Assembly (NCBI GenBank): GCA_048013815.1
Contig: CM106586.1
Span: 11,036,001 to 11,100,000 of the forward strand
Reading direction: 5' to 3'
Source: Setoptus koraiensis
Lineage: Eukaryota; Animalia; Arthropoda
DNA length: 64,000 nt
The position numbers were made by a program, and so were the translations under genes. The notes beneath the pieces were generated by a model. The model was not told where the DNA came from and did no database searches. It was given only the letters and a program-made list of their open reading frames with translations. This document shows, piece after piece, positions 12,685 through 23,397 of the stretch (position 1 is its first letter; each line of letters opens with the position of its first letter).

Positions 12685-14235
12685 ATGAAAAATGTCACTT
12701 TGGAGCCTATTGTTACGGACAATGAACCAGACGAATATTTGGCCGACACGGAGGACAACATCATTCAAGGTGGTCAACAGATAATACCCACAACATCGGC
12801 TATCCAGCAACAACAAAATCGCCACCATCAGTCATCTCAATACTCATCACTGGTAGATGCCCCAACTGGCCACCACCATCCTCATCATCATATTCCTTCC
12901 TCATCGGCTACATCTTCCTCTCATCATCATCACTCAACCTCGTATGCCTCAACCGCAGCGCAAGCTTCTAGAGAAGAGGGTGCCAGAATATTACCACATA
13001 TGGTACCATCCAACAGCAATGTTTATAGAGGATTGTCTAGTATGAAATCTAGTGATTCACTGTCTATTAATAGTGATGAAAACTCATCTCCGACCACTTG
13101 GTCTAATGAGTCGGATTTCGATGCGGACGACGATGATGACTCTAATCTATTCTTGGCTGGTTCCATTGTGAATAAGACCAACACTGCTATTAGGAAACGT
13201 CGACATCATTTGCGCAACAAGAAGACACATTTGTCTGCCAATCAGCGTACACCATCGAATTCTTTCACGCAATCTAGACAACAAACACAACCATTTGCTA
13301 TGTTTAATAATAATCATGCAGTGTTAGAGCACACTGTTCACAATACAAGAGAGCCTATGGCGGTTGATGATGACTACAATGATGACAATGATAACGAGAA
13401 TGAGATCTTAAACGAGGGCAACACTAGGTCGCCGCCCGCTAGTAGAAACTCAAATCTTAGAATGTCTAGGCCTTCTAGGATTGGCCGCGGAAATGGACAA
13501 AATCTAGCGGAAAATTTATGTTCTCGTATATTAGATTGTCCGAATCTGGATGAGGTGATAAAATTTGTAGAAACAAATCGACCCATAATTAGTCAACTGA
13601 CGCGCATAGTCACACATGAGGCGCCCTCGTTCAGAAATTACGACTTGACCAGATATCAAATTGATTATTCAGTGAAAGAATCGTTCAATCCAAACTTTTG
13701 GTTAGATAGAAATCCTATCGTCACCACTGCAGATGGAAATTGCCAATATCATGCTGTTTCAATTAGCTTAACTGGCACAGAAGAATATACTCCACATGTT
13801 CGCTTGGCAACTGCAGTTGCTGTGATAGACAACCGAGTTTGGTTTGATCAGATGCTCCGATTAATAGACAGAGGAACAGTACATGGCTTGGTCAAAACTA
13901 TATCTAGAAGTTACGCTTGGGGAGACGAAACTACACTAAAAGCTATTGCTGTAGCTATCAATCGAAGGATATTCTTGTATTCGTGCAATTTCGGGAAGAA
14001 AGATTTTGAGATAGTGAGATCTTTGACATTGGAGGAGTTATTGGATGCATTTTCTACGAAAAAATATTGTGGTGGCACCGCTATTCATACTTATGCAGAT
14101 CCCATCAATCCTGTGGCAGAAGAAAATTATATCATGTTATTTCACAAGTCGGAACATTTTATAGCAGTTTTGCCATCCAATCAGCATCCAACTACTTTTC
14201 AACCATTCAATCCCATCGTTCCTATGTTTGTATAG
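12685..14235 (+). CDS. OTU-like cysteine protease/deubiquitinase domain protein (vertnin-like), intronless
   Basis: 516-aa ATG ORF. A disordered N-terminus (H-, D- and N-rich, with basic RKRRHHLRNKK) precedes a C-terminal domain with OTU motifs: TADGNCQYHAVSISLTG (D-x-x-C catalytic loop), WGDETTLKAIAVAINRRIFLY and EHFIAVLP (catalytic His). Confidence 0.8.
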   Translation: MKNVTLEPIVTDNEPDEYLADTEDNIIQGGQQIIPTTSAIQQQQNRHHQSSQYSSLVDAPTGHHHPHHHIPSSSATSSSHHHHSTSYASTAAQASREEGARILPHMVPSNSNVYRGLSSMKSSDSLSINSDENSSPTTWSNESDFDADDDDDSNLFLAGSIVNKTNTAIRKRRHHLRNKKTHLSANQRTPSNSFTQSRQQTQPFAMFNNNHAVLEHTVHNTREPMAVDDDYNDDNDNENEILNEGNTRSPPASRNSNLRMSRPSRIGRGNGQNLAENLCSRILDCPNLDEVIKFVETNRPIISQLTRIVTHEAPSFRNYDLTRYQIDYSVKESFNPNFWLDRNPIVTTADGNCQYHAVSISLTGTEEYTPHVRLATAVAVIDNRVWFDQMLRLIDRGTVHGLVKTISRSYAWGDETTLKAIAVAINRRIFLYSCNFGKKDFEIVRSLTLEELLDAFSTKKYCGGTAIHTYADPINPVAEENYIMLFHKSEHFIAVLPSNQHPTTFQPFNPIVPMFV

Positions 14236-17200
14236 GGACGAGTGATTCTAATAAAGCATATAATCAGCAAGTCGTTAAGTCTCTGTGAGACTTGTTCAAG
14301 GATAACAGCTAGATGAGATCAGTGAACTCAGTTGACTTTACAAAGACCTGCGCTCATCAATACTAGCATACATTGAGTTCAGAGAATGCCCAATCATACA
14401 TATAATCGATTAGTTGACTTTGTTATCATTATGAATATTTATTTTATCCTATAAATGTTTCTGCATGATCTCATACCATCGTAGCATGCATTGAACGGCT
14501 ACTTGCGAGAGTGTTTAAAGGAACTTTTAGTTTTAATTAGAACGAGATTATGGTTCGGTTAACTTGTTATTCAGGAAGGAATCGTGATGCATCTAATCAA
14601 ACCCTTACAATCTTAGATGATGAACTTTAGCATCTCGATGTACACTATTGAAATTAATTATCTTAAGAAAGTGCGAGAGATTGTTGATCGAATAATAAAC
14701 TCGATGTCTGTGTAAAATCTTGAGATAGATGGCCAATCATTGATCTAAAGATGAGTTTGAGTTAAGGCCTGTGGTTACTTTGTTCAAGAAATTTTACGTG
14801 GACTGTGACTTCTTCTTCCAAACGTCCTTTCTATTCGAAATTAATCGAATTGGACAAAAGATGCTAATTGTCCAACCCAACTATTCTGCTTTTTCTCGCT
14901 CGCCAATATGTTAGTGCCTAGCTGCTAGATCTATTACGTCAATTCAATAAAAAAAATCGTCATCATTGTCAGAAAAATCGAAATTTTGCTATCAACTCTA
15001 TGATGTATAGTATAGAGGCTATTGATTGTAGCAGCTAAAATTGTCGACTATATAACACATTCGTCAGACATATCAGGATAATAGTAATACCTTTTACTGT
15101 AATCTAATAGTGTTTAATGTAGCTACATACAACGGTTTATGGGGGAGATAGATTGGCGAATGGCAAAGATTATTCACAAGATCGTGTAGAAGGTACCTGA
15201 CAGATGGGACATTTATAGAACTTAAGCAGCAAGAAATCTAGAGAGGTGAGAGCATATGAAAACAATTTCATATAGACACTACATTGGAAGTGATGCAGAA
15301 GTAATGTCTTGACAATGTAATACTGTTTTCATTGTTTACTGTCGCCGCCTTTGAATTTGTCAATTGAGGCCGTAACTAGCGACGATGCCCGATGAAATTC
15401 CATGTATAAATAGTAGTCACTATATTGTATTGGTGCTATATATTGAATTAAGAGAGTGAAGTAAGCAATGAAATAGTGTACTAATAATGAAAGGAGAAGC
15501 TTAAAGAGAGATATTGCTGAATCATGATCATTACAACCTGTTTTGTCTTGATAGTTGAATCTATCGAAGATGAACGATGATGTGAAAGAAAGTTGTCTAT
15601 GTAGTGAGAATATTTTGTGCGATGTTTACGAATGTTTACATGTGATATCCGCGTTATTCGACAAAACAAATCTCTGGTACATTTTATTCTGTATTATTAT
15701 TGGCTTAGCATTAATCACAGGCTTATGCAGCGGTGACATCACAAGTCGAGGTTTAGTACAAAATTGTTTTGTTGTATGACCGGGATGCTCAACACTAAAA
15801 TTGAATGATCCTCCGCCAAAACAACGTACTCTATCTCTCTGTAACAATGTTGTTAGCAAGACCGTCAAATCTTGCGAGGGGTAACGCACTATGAATTGTT
15901 GCGGCCAGAGAGTTGTTTTTCATGAAACAGGTAGAGAAAGAGAGACAGACAGACAGAGAATAAGCCACATGATAAGCTCATATTAGTAGAATGGCAGGGA
16001 TCCTCTATCGTTGTTTTATACAAAAGAAATCTTAGCTAGATGTCAAGAAAGTATTCTTACATTCACACTGACACCTGTAAGACTACCGCCAACAACATTT
16101 GTAAATACATACCAACTCTCCACACACAGCTCCACTGCGAGATACTCTAGTGGTACTTGATGCTGAGAAAGATTAGTGTCCATTTCAGAAGGCGATTATC
16201 ATAATGTAAGATGTATCCATCATGGCTGCTAGCTGCAAGAGTAAATTGTCCGACCGACCATACACCGAAATTATTGACCGAAAGATACAGAGAAAAACTA
16301 CTCTTGAATTGTTGCATCAAATGCACTAAGATTATATAATGTAAGTGGCGATAAGATATTGTTAGTGCAATTCAAGTCATATTACTATTGAGATAACTAA
16401 TCTAAGTAACAGTGTTTGACTATGTGCATAGAACTTTTGTTTTGCGATCGTTGACTTAAAAGTTCACCACTGCCAAACACCTTACATAACACATTCTTAT
16501 CAGAACTGCAATAGTCTTAATCTCTCTCACTCATTCTTCCTTCTTTTATAGACATTATATGGTAGCAAGATCACAGTTTATCCCTTATTTCATATCTAAT
16601 GAGTGTATGCTGTGTTGCTTAATCATTGCTGACAGATGTGTGGGATTTCATCTTTTATGTTCAAGATTGAAATTTGATCATTTTGAATTGTTTGTGACAT
16701 CATCGAGATATAACACATAGATCAAATATAGCAAATAGTTTTTGTTTGATTGATTGACATTGATTCCATAAAATTAAACGTCAATCACCTATTAATGGTC
16801 ATTATAATCGCCATTTCTTCACCGAGATGGATTTATAGCCTACAGGTTTTATTGTACCATAATAAGCTTGACTGTTGGAAATCTGACAAATATATTACAA
16901 GCTATCCTGCTATACAACTGAACAAATAGTATAAATAGTCTTTGTCGAACCAACAAATCCCATATAATTAGTTGAATAGCAATTTGCGAATACATTCAGT
17001 GTAAATTGAACAAATCACTATCAGCAAGTAAATCTTATCACTAGTTCATCAGCAATCATAAAAATTTATCAATATCATACCTCCAAAGGACATTTCAATT
17101 AGTCGCAATTTTGCCACCATCAATCTCCGTAATACACCTAATAGCCAGAATAAAATCAGATTTTCAGTAGCGATAATAATAGTATATTTAGCTGATTATT

Positions 17201-17292
17201 ATTATCTTGTATTGCGAATAGATCCAATATATTTGCAGACACCCACATTGCACATTCCATTACAATCAATCCAATTACAAGAGACATACAAC

Positions 17293-18366
17293 ATGGGAAA
17301 ACGAATAATTATAGATGAGATTGAGATGGAGGTACCTTATGGCAAAATAAAGGCCAAAACATGGCATGAGGAAACCGATGAATGCATTAGAGTTCTAGCT
17401 TTACATGGATGGATGGACAATGCTGGTTCATTTGACAAGATAGTGCCACTTCTAGATCATCCCGATGGCTTGTTTGTAGTTGCGCCAGATTTACCAGGCC
17501 ATGGAAGATCGTCGCAAATCCCTCCAGGTTCCTCTTATAGTGACTTATCACTGATTGTAGAAATTAGGCGCATAGTGAAAGAACTTAATTGGGGTAAATC
17601 TAGTGATGATGACGACACAAGAGATCAGGACAATAATGATGTAGTCAAATTCACAATAATCGGTCATTCATTAGGTGCAGGTTTGGGTTTATTCTATGCT
17701 AGCCTGCATCCTGATGAAGTTGAACAGGTGATAACAATTGATTTTTTAAAATCGCGTACGCAAGACGGTCTAGGTTTACTCAAAGCAACAGCAAAAGTAA
17801 TAGATGAGTTTATAGATTTAGTTCCATCAGTAACTGTCAGTGGCCTAACATCACCATCATCAACGCCCAGGATGTCAGGAAGATCAAACGACAGAGGTAG
17901 CGTTATTGTATCTAACGAGACAGCTATCGTGGCCACAATTGAGGCTCATTCCTCATTGGGAAAACTATCCAGAGAAGAGGCCCAATGCCTATTGAAGAGA
18001 TCTACAGTAGCAGTATCAAGCCCGCCAAATAGTGTTATATATTCTAGAGATTTGCGCTTACAAGCTATGCTTACTTTTAGAGAGCACATCAACTTAAATT
18101 TATTAATGTTTCAAGGAGCTAAATGTCATTTCGTGGCAATATTAGCCACCAATGGATTTTATAATGGTAAAGTAGAATACTGCTTAGAGAGCGTTGATGA
18201 GTTTATGAAGCTTCTAAAATCTACTTGTGCCTCATGCAATCTTTGTTGGGTCGAAGGTGATCATTACATACATATGAACAACGCAGAAAAGACAGCTAAT
18301 ATTATAAATGAAGCACTTAGGGCTCCAGGGAGCTTGAATTCTCAAGATGAAATAAAAAAAGGATGA
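17293..18366 (+). CDS. SERHL: Serine hydrolase-like protein (SERHL/kraken family, alpha/beta hydrolase)
   Basis: First ATG in the ORF is at 17293. Motifs: VPYGKIKAKTW, LALHGWMDNAGSFD, APDLPGHGRSS, nucleophile GHSLG, and GDHYIHM (catalytic His). Intronless. Confidence 0.88.
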   Translation: MGKRIIIDEIEMEVPYGKIKAKTWHEETDECIRVLALHGWMDNAGSFDKIVPLLDHPDGLFVVAPDLPGHGRSSQIPPGSSYSDLSLIVEIRRIVKELNWGKSSDDDDTRDQDNNDVVKFTIIGHSLGAGLGLFYASLHPDEVEQVITIDFLKSRTQDGLGLLKATAKVIDEFIDLVPSVTVSGLTSPSSTPRMSGRSNDRGSVIVSNETAIVATIEAHSSLGKLSREEAQCLLKRSTVAVSSPPNSVIYSRDLRLQAMLTFREHINLNLLMFQGAKCHFVAILATNGFYNGKVEYCLESVDEFMKLLKSTCASCNLCWVEGDHYIHMNNAEKTANIINEALRAPGSLNSQDEIKKG

Positions 18367-18648
18367 TTATTTTGTCCAGCTCACTTTTGGAATGTCATAA
18401 TGTTCGGTCAGAGAATCCAGATGCTTATTGAATTCTTCGACTCTTTGTTTATGAGTTTTGGAAGCCTTTAGTAGAATCCTTTCCTTGGCTCTCTTTTCTT
18501 GCATTGCTTTAAACGATTGCTCTGCTTTGGTAGATGTTGTTGCAATGGTGGCTATTACATCCTTCTTTATTTTTCCCGCTTTTCCTTTTGACTTCTCATG
18601 CTTCAATTTGAGTGGGGCCTTCGAAATTAATTCGTCATATTCATCCAT
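18367..18648 (-). CDS. FAM32A: Protein FAM32A homolog (93 aa)
   Basis: Starts MDEYDELISKAPLKLK and ends with the diagnostic KASKTHKQRVEEFNKHLDSLTEHYDIPKVSWTK. Confidence 0.95.
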   Translation of the reverse strand: MDEYDELISKAPLKLKHEKSKGKAGKIKKDVIATIATTSTKAEQSFKAMQEKRAKERILLKASKTHKQRVEEFNKHLDSLTEHYDIPKVSWTK

Positions 18649-19445
18649 TGTGTCGGGGTTGTTATTAAATAAATTTATCAAATGCGAAAATTTAGTTTTA
18701 AAGGATTGTTTTTCTTCTCTTGCCTTCACTGACTGCACTCACGCCCATCTCCCACGGAACACTCTCCTTTCCTCCCACGTCTCCCAAAAAAAAGCAAGCT
18801 TCCATGACGCAGCGAAAATAATTTCAGAGGGGGAAAACTCTATGGAATTTAACACACAAAGGGGGGACTTGTCTTTTCTTCATCCAACTTGTACGGTAGC
18901 AAATCCCGTCCCGAAACTAGCGCTGCGGATAACCGCCCGGGCAGGACACGCCCGATTTTGGGTGATTTGGGGCGGTTTGGGTGGCAAAGTATTGCGGATT
19001 CAGGGGCGCCAATCGCATCAAATAGTCAGCAACTTGTTAGTTTGTCCGATCTAAAACGGATATATCTTCCTGATCAATCTTACTCAATGTTACTGAACTA
19101 TTTATCGTCTCCCAAAACCGCCCAAATTAAATCCGACCGCTGCACTACCCGAAACAAAGGTAAACATTGTTCATCATTAGTTTTCGGGAATGCCAATAGA
19201 TGGTGCGAGTACGTTCAAAAATGGGTGTGTAATTTCCGGCACACTGGTCTCTCTCGCACTCGAGCACGCCTCAATGCTGCTACTGCCTGCTCTATACGAT
19301 CATTGCAATCACCATCATCTTAGCCGTTGTTTGAATAATTTATTTGGACATTCAATCTACAACAGAAGAATCCTCAATTTATACCACCAAATAAAGCTCC
19401 ACGCTTCTATTCGCTAGCAAATAAAAAATCGCCTAATATACCATC

Positions 19446-19749
19446 ATGGGACATTCAGACATTTGGTTTTCTCATCCCAGAAAATACGGACCCGGCTCTC
19501 GATCATGGTGAGTATTTTATGACTAACATCATCATATAAGATGTGAACTGAAAATCTTTCTTAAAGAGTCCATCTTTATCCTCATTTCTAACTCATTTTT
19601 ACAATTTTCTCTCCCACCTCACAAAATTTATCTAAAACAGCCGCGTTTGTTCGAATCATCACGGTCTTATCCGTAAATACGGTATGATGATCTGCCGTAG
19701 GTGTTTCAGGCAGTACGCCGAACTGATAGGATTCAAGAAGCTCGACTGA
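19446..19749 (+). CDS. RPS29: 40S ribosomal protein S29 (uS14), 2 exons: 19446-19507 and 19641-19749
   Basis: Spliced product is [56 protein letters not shown] (56 aa, with the CxxC...CxxC zinc motif). The intron runs GTGAGT...ACAG with a CTAAC branch site. Not listed in the ORF track. Confidence 0.97.
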
Positions 19750-19882
19750 GCGATGATGTCCATATAAAATAAAAAATTAATATCTAAACATTAAATCTCT
19801 AACAATTACAGTTTGAGGCGGTGGGCCCACATAAGTTTATTGTCCGCTGTTAAGTGAAAATGAGCCCTATATAGGGGCAGTA

Positions 19883-20389
19883 TCACTTCATATTGGGATT
19901 AGGAACAAGAGGTCGGGCATTTCCACCGTACTTTTCGGGCTCTTTCATAAGCTCTGCCAATTTGGCCTCCAGCTTTGTTGTATCCCTGCCACATTTCTGA
20001 TTCTCTTTTATAGCCGATCTAAGCATAGGTATCGCCATGTGGGGTACGGACTCGTGAACGGGTTTGAAAAAATCAACTCCTTCATCCCAATCGTTCTGCT
20101 CCCTCAGGATAAGAAAATATATGAGAAATGAGGCTGCCGAAATGATCAGAACAATGTTATTTGATTTTGGCAGATTGGCGTCTTCGTTTGAGTAGCTGAA
20201 GTTGTACCGGGCAACATAGTCTTGATGGGCTTTGCTTGTTGTAAATTTTAAAGGCTTAGTCTCCCCCTGTTGTTTTCCTTGTGCCTCTGATTCTTTGGGT
20301 TTAGATGTTGTGACATCAGTTGATAACCTTGAGCAACTATTTTGTAGCAATCTACTTGGATTAAGATACGCTAATTGTCTAGATGCCAT
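19883..20389 (-). CDS. UQCC4: CCSMST1/UQCC4-family mitochondrial complex III assembly factor
   Basis: ATG at 20389 gives a mitochondrial-presequence-like N-terminus, the PLKFTTSKA motif, a single TM segment ending YFLILREQNDWD, and C-terminal GRDTTKLEAKLAEL. The pattern matches the CCSMST1 family as recalled. Confidence 0.72.
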   Translation of the reverse strand: MASRQLAYLNPSRLLQNSCSRLSTDVTTSKPKESEAQGKQQGETKPLKFTTSKAHQDYVARYNFSYSNEDANLPKSNNIVLIISAASFLIYFLILREQNDWDEGVDFFKPVHESVPHMAIPMLRSAIKENQKCGRDTTKLEAKLAELMKEPEKYGGNARPLVPNPNMK

Positions 20390-20619
20390 CACCAGTTTCG
20401 ACGATAGACCCGGGTGAAGAGGTATCATCTTGAATTTATTCCGGTAGTCAAGATTGTCGTAACTATTGAAAGGAGTCTATCAATTGTAGACGATACCTAA
20501 TGTGAGAAGGGTATGGAACATTTGTCACGTTTGAAACATCAGTACCTTTGGCAACGCTACGTGAGAAACAAAACACAGTAGAGAACAAATACTTTATTAT
20601 GAGACATGTTATGAGTTGA

Positions 20620-20703
20620 GTCAGGATGGCCGAGTGGTCTAAGGCGCTGCGTTCAGGTCGCAGTCAGTTTCTACTGGCGTGGGTTCGAATCCCACTTCTG
20701 ACA
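20620..20703 (+). tRNA. trnL-CAG: tRNA-Leu(CAG), intronless, long variable arm
   Basis: Acceptor stem GTCAGGA/TTCTGAC, D-arm TGGCCGAGTGGTCTAAGGC, anticodon loop TTCAGGT, variable arm CAG-TTTCTA-CTG, and T-loop GGTTCGAATCC. Followed by a T6 Pol III terminator at 20708-20713. Confidence 0.97.
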
Positions 20704-21029
20704 AACCTTTTTTCTAAATTTTTAACATGGTCACCGCACTCCTAAAAATAAAAAAGCTGTAACAACATTCACACATTAATCAATATTCTCTATTAGTCGA
20801 TCTTTTTCTTATTCCACATTATTTTACAATCAAGTATCAATCAAATCAATATTTTTGTGTCTCTGACACATTTCAATGAGGTCATTCTGACATTGTGAGC
20901 ACGAGCATTTTTTTGAACTACCAATAAACTGCGCAACCCAAGAGGCCATCATAACGCCTTAGCAAGTAATTGTTTTTGGGATGGACACAATTTCTAGGCA
21001 GTACATATTATGATGCTGCGGTTTGTTTA

Positions 21030-22838
21030 TCAAATGTTTATTTTCACACTTTCGATATGTGCCCGTCCTGGCTTGGCAGAAGTTCCACTCTTCCTTGTGC
21101 TTATTCTAGAGTGGCCTTCTGTATCATCTGAAGACATGAAACCAATACACATTGAGCTAGTATTATGGCCGTAGCTCAACACAAATTGATCTAGTCCGTC
21201 TTCCTCTAAGTTAGATTGCATAACAGCTAAGAAACCAGCCTGCTTATATTCCATATCAATATGAGTTAAAGATAAGCTCTCTAGTAGCTCCTCTTCGAAA
21301 CATTTCGTCAGCTCCTGATTGATGATATTGGTGGTTAATGGTTGTTCGGAACTTTGACTGCGTATTGTGTTAAGTCTTTCGTGAATCTTCTTGGCGAACA
21401 AAGTAACTGTTAAATATTCTCCCACGCCGGACGTTGTGACACCTATAGACTTTTGAGCCCAACATCCGGCGCCCGGAATAGCTGCTTGGCCGACGCGTCC
21501 ATTGTGTTTGAGCAATACTCCTCCAGATGATATAGCACTTGCTATGTTGTTATCACAGTCTATTGCAACAGCACCAACAGTATCCAATCTACTATCGAAA
21601 TTGGAATTTTGTCCATGCATTGATCGCCTGCAATAAAATCCATGATCAAATTCCGTTGGGTGAAGTAAGGCATTGGAGGAGGAACCTTCTGTATCATGAT
21701 AATCATCGATACTATTGGAAGATGTCAACTTTTTGCTTCGGACGCTTTCATCGTATTGGGATTTCAGTTTGGAATACACTCTCAGAGATCTTTGACTAAT
21801 TAACTGACTATCCGCTACAGCTAATTGGGGGCAATGTTCGCGCATCCACTGTTTGGCCCCCTGGCCAACAAGAAGATTAGGTTGAACTAACTGGAGTGGT
21901 CTTGGAATAGTTTGTTGATCATACAAGTGCTTCGCCAATAGGATTGGATTTTTACAGCCGCTAACGGCGCCAACACCTGACCATATCTGCCGTGGCTTGT
22001 CCGACATTAAGCTGGCATCGCACTCTACGTGGCCTTTCATGTTCAGATTGGAGCCAAAGCCACAGTTTAACAAATGGTGGTCCTCTAGCTGTTTAATTAA
22101 TTGTGTAGCCGCAGTGATTGCATTCATATTTTTCGGTTCTTGATCCAGCGATGATTGTGTCTTCTTCGTAAGACTATTTTTATGATTTTTTGTGCCCGAA
22201 TGTGCGCTTTTCTTGTTTGTGAGTGGATTTGCCATTGTTTCATTGTGTCTGTGATCTTTAGAGAGGCGCATTACATTCTCGCAAACCTCTTTGGCCAATT
22301 TTCTGAGCTCGTCTTGATTGTTGGCACAATAAGAGCCGGCACCAAGGTGTACTGCAACAAATTTAAGAGATTTGATAGGGCTCATTAGCTCATTGTTAAC
22401 GAGTTCTACGTTTGGGGTCTGAAATTGACTTGGATTCATTGTGGCGTCGTCAATGCTGTAATGAGAATTCGTTCCGTTGAAGGCATAATTATGGACATCT
22501 AAATCTGAAAAAATTCTTTGTCTTTGTAGTATATTAGGTAGTTTATGTTGAATATTGTTCTTGCTGTTGGTGTTGTTGACCTGATTTAATCCATTTAATA
22601 ATCCATTCTTTACAGTTGTGCCCATTGCACATTCGGTGTCTAGATTCTGCAATTCATGATTATGCATGATAGTAACATTATTGGTGTAATTTTGTTTGGA
22701 GTAGTTTAGCAATAGATTAGCAGCTATCTGTTGTTCCGTGCTACATTGATTATAATTGACCGATAATTGAGGTTGCATCTCATCCTTGATGAGGTACTGG
22801 CCTAATTCCTGAGAAGATTGTTGGTCCGGTGATTGCAT
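21030..22838 (-). CDS. TASP1: Threonine aspartase 1 (taspase-1, Ntn hydrolase), intronless
   Basis: Motifs FVAVHLGAG, LNCGFGSNLNMKGHVECDASLM, GAVSGCKNPILLAK, the autocleavage site LD|TVGAV, SSGGVLLKHNGRVGQAAIPGAGCWA and TSGVGEYL. Confidence 0.93.
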   Translation of the reverse strand: MQSPDQQSSQELGQYLIKDEMQPQLSVNYNQCSTEQQIAANLLLNYSKQNYTNNVTIMHNHELQNLDTECAMGTTVKNGLLNGLNQVNNTNSKNNIQHKLPNILQRQRIFSDLDVHNYAFNGTNSHYSIDDATMNPSQFQTPNVELVNNELMSPIKSLKFVAVHLGAGSYCANNQDELRKLAKEVCENVMRLSKDHRHNETMANPLTNKKSAHSGTKNHKNSLTKKTQSSLDQEPKNMNAITAATQLIKQLEDHHLLNCGFGSNLNMKGHVECDASLMSDKPRQIWSGVGAVSGCKNPILLAKHLYDQQTIPRPLQLVQPNLLVGQGAKQWMREHCPQLAVADSQLISQRSLRVYSKLKSQYDESVRSKKLTSSNSIDDYHDTEGSSSNALLHPTEFDHGFYCRRSMHGQNSNFDSRLDTVGAVAIDCDNNIASAISSGGVLLKHNGRVGQAAIPGAGCWAQKSIGVTTSGVGEYLTVTLFAKKIHERLNTIRSQSSEQPLTTNIINQELTKCFEEELLESLSLTHIDMEYKQAGFLAVMQSNLEEDGLDQFVLSYGHNTSSMCIGFMSSDDTEGHSRISTRKSGTSAKPGRAHIESVKINI

Positions 22839-23397
22839 GGTCGTCTGGTCTATCTTATTTCAATCGATGTGTAGACAATTTAATAGTAGTAGCTAGAATA
22901 ATGATAGTTTATGGTAAACCAGTCTATTGAGACGTAGTTGTAACAAAGTACTTGGGGCAACAGGATGAATTAGAAGATAAATACATACACACATATATAT
23001 TTATATATTCAAATATATATATATATGTAATGGTGGAGATAAAGAGAAAGAGAGTATCAAGAGTCTCCGGATAGCCTGGCTACGATTCACGAAAACCTGT
23101 GCCAATTTCCTGCTCGACTTCTTTTATTCCGCTAGCATGTGTGGCGCACGAATCAAGTGTATCGGCGTCGGTCAGCTGATCAGGAATTATTAAATTGTGA
23201 GTCTCATAATGCAGCGACAGCATTTCACAGAGATAGTCGGCCAGGATTTATTAGCTAGTATTATCTATTTCCAGTAGTTTATCAATTTTTTTCTTAGTTA
23301 CAGCAACAACAACAATTGTCAGTCTAAATTATTTATATCACAACAACATATTAATAATTGACATAACAATTCTTACAGATTTACAATAGTTATCATC

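Noticed and set aside
18458-19323. 198-aa and 144-aa plus-strand ORFs over FAM32A and its promoter
   Set aside because: Antisense shadow or promoter-region ORFs with no domain signature.
19508-19640. snoRNA in the RPS29 or PSMD3 introns
   Set aside because: No proper C box (RTGATGA) and D box (CTGA) pair with terminal stem, and no H/ACA pattern found.
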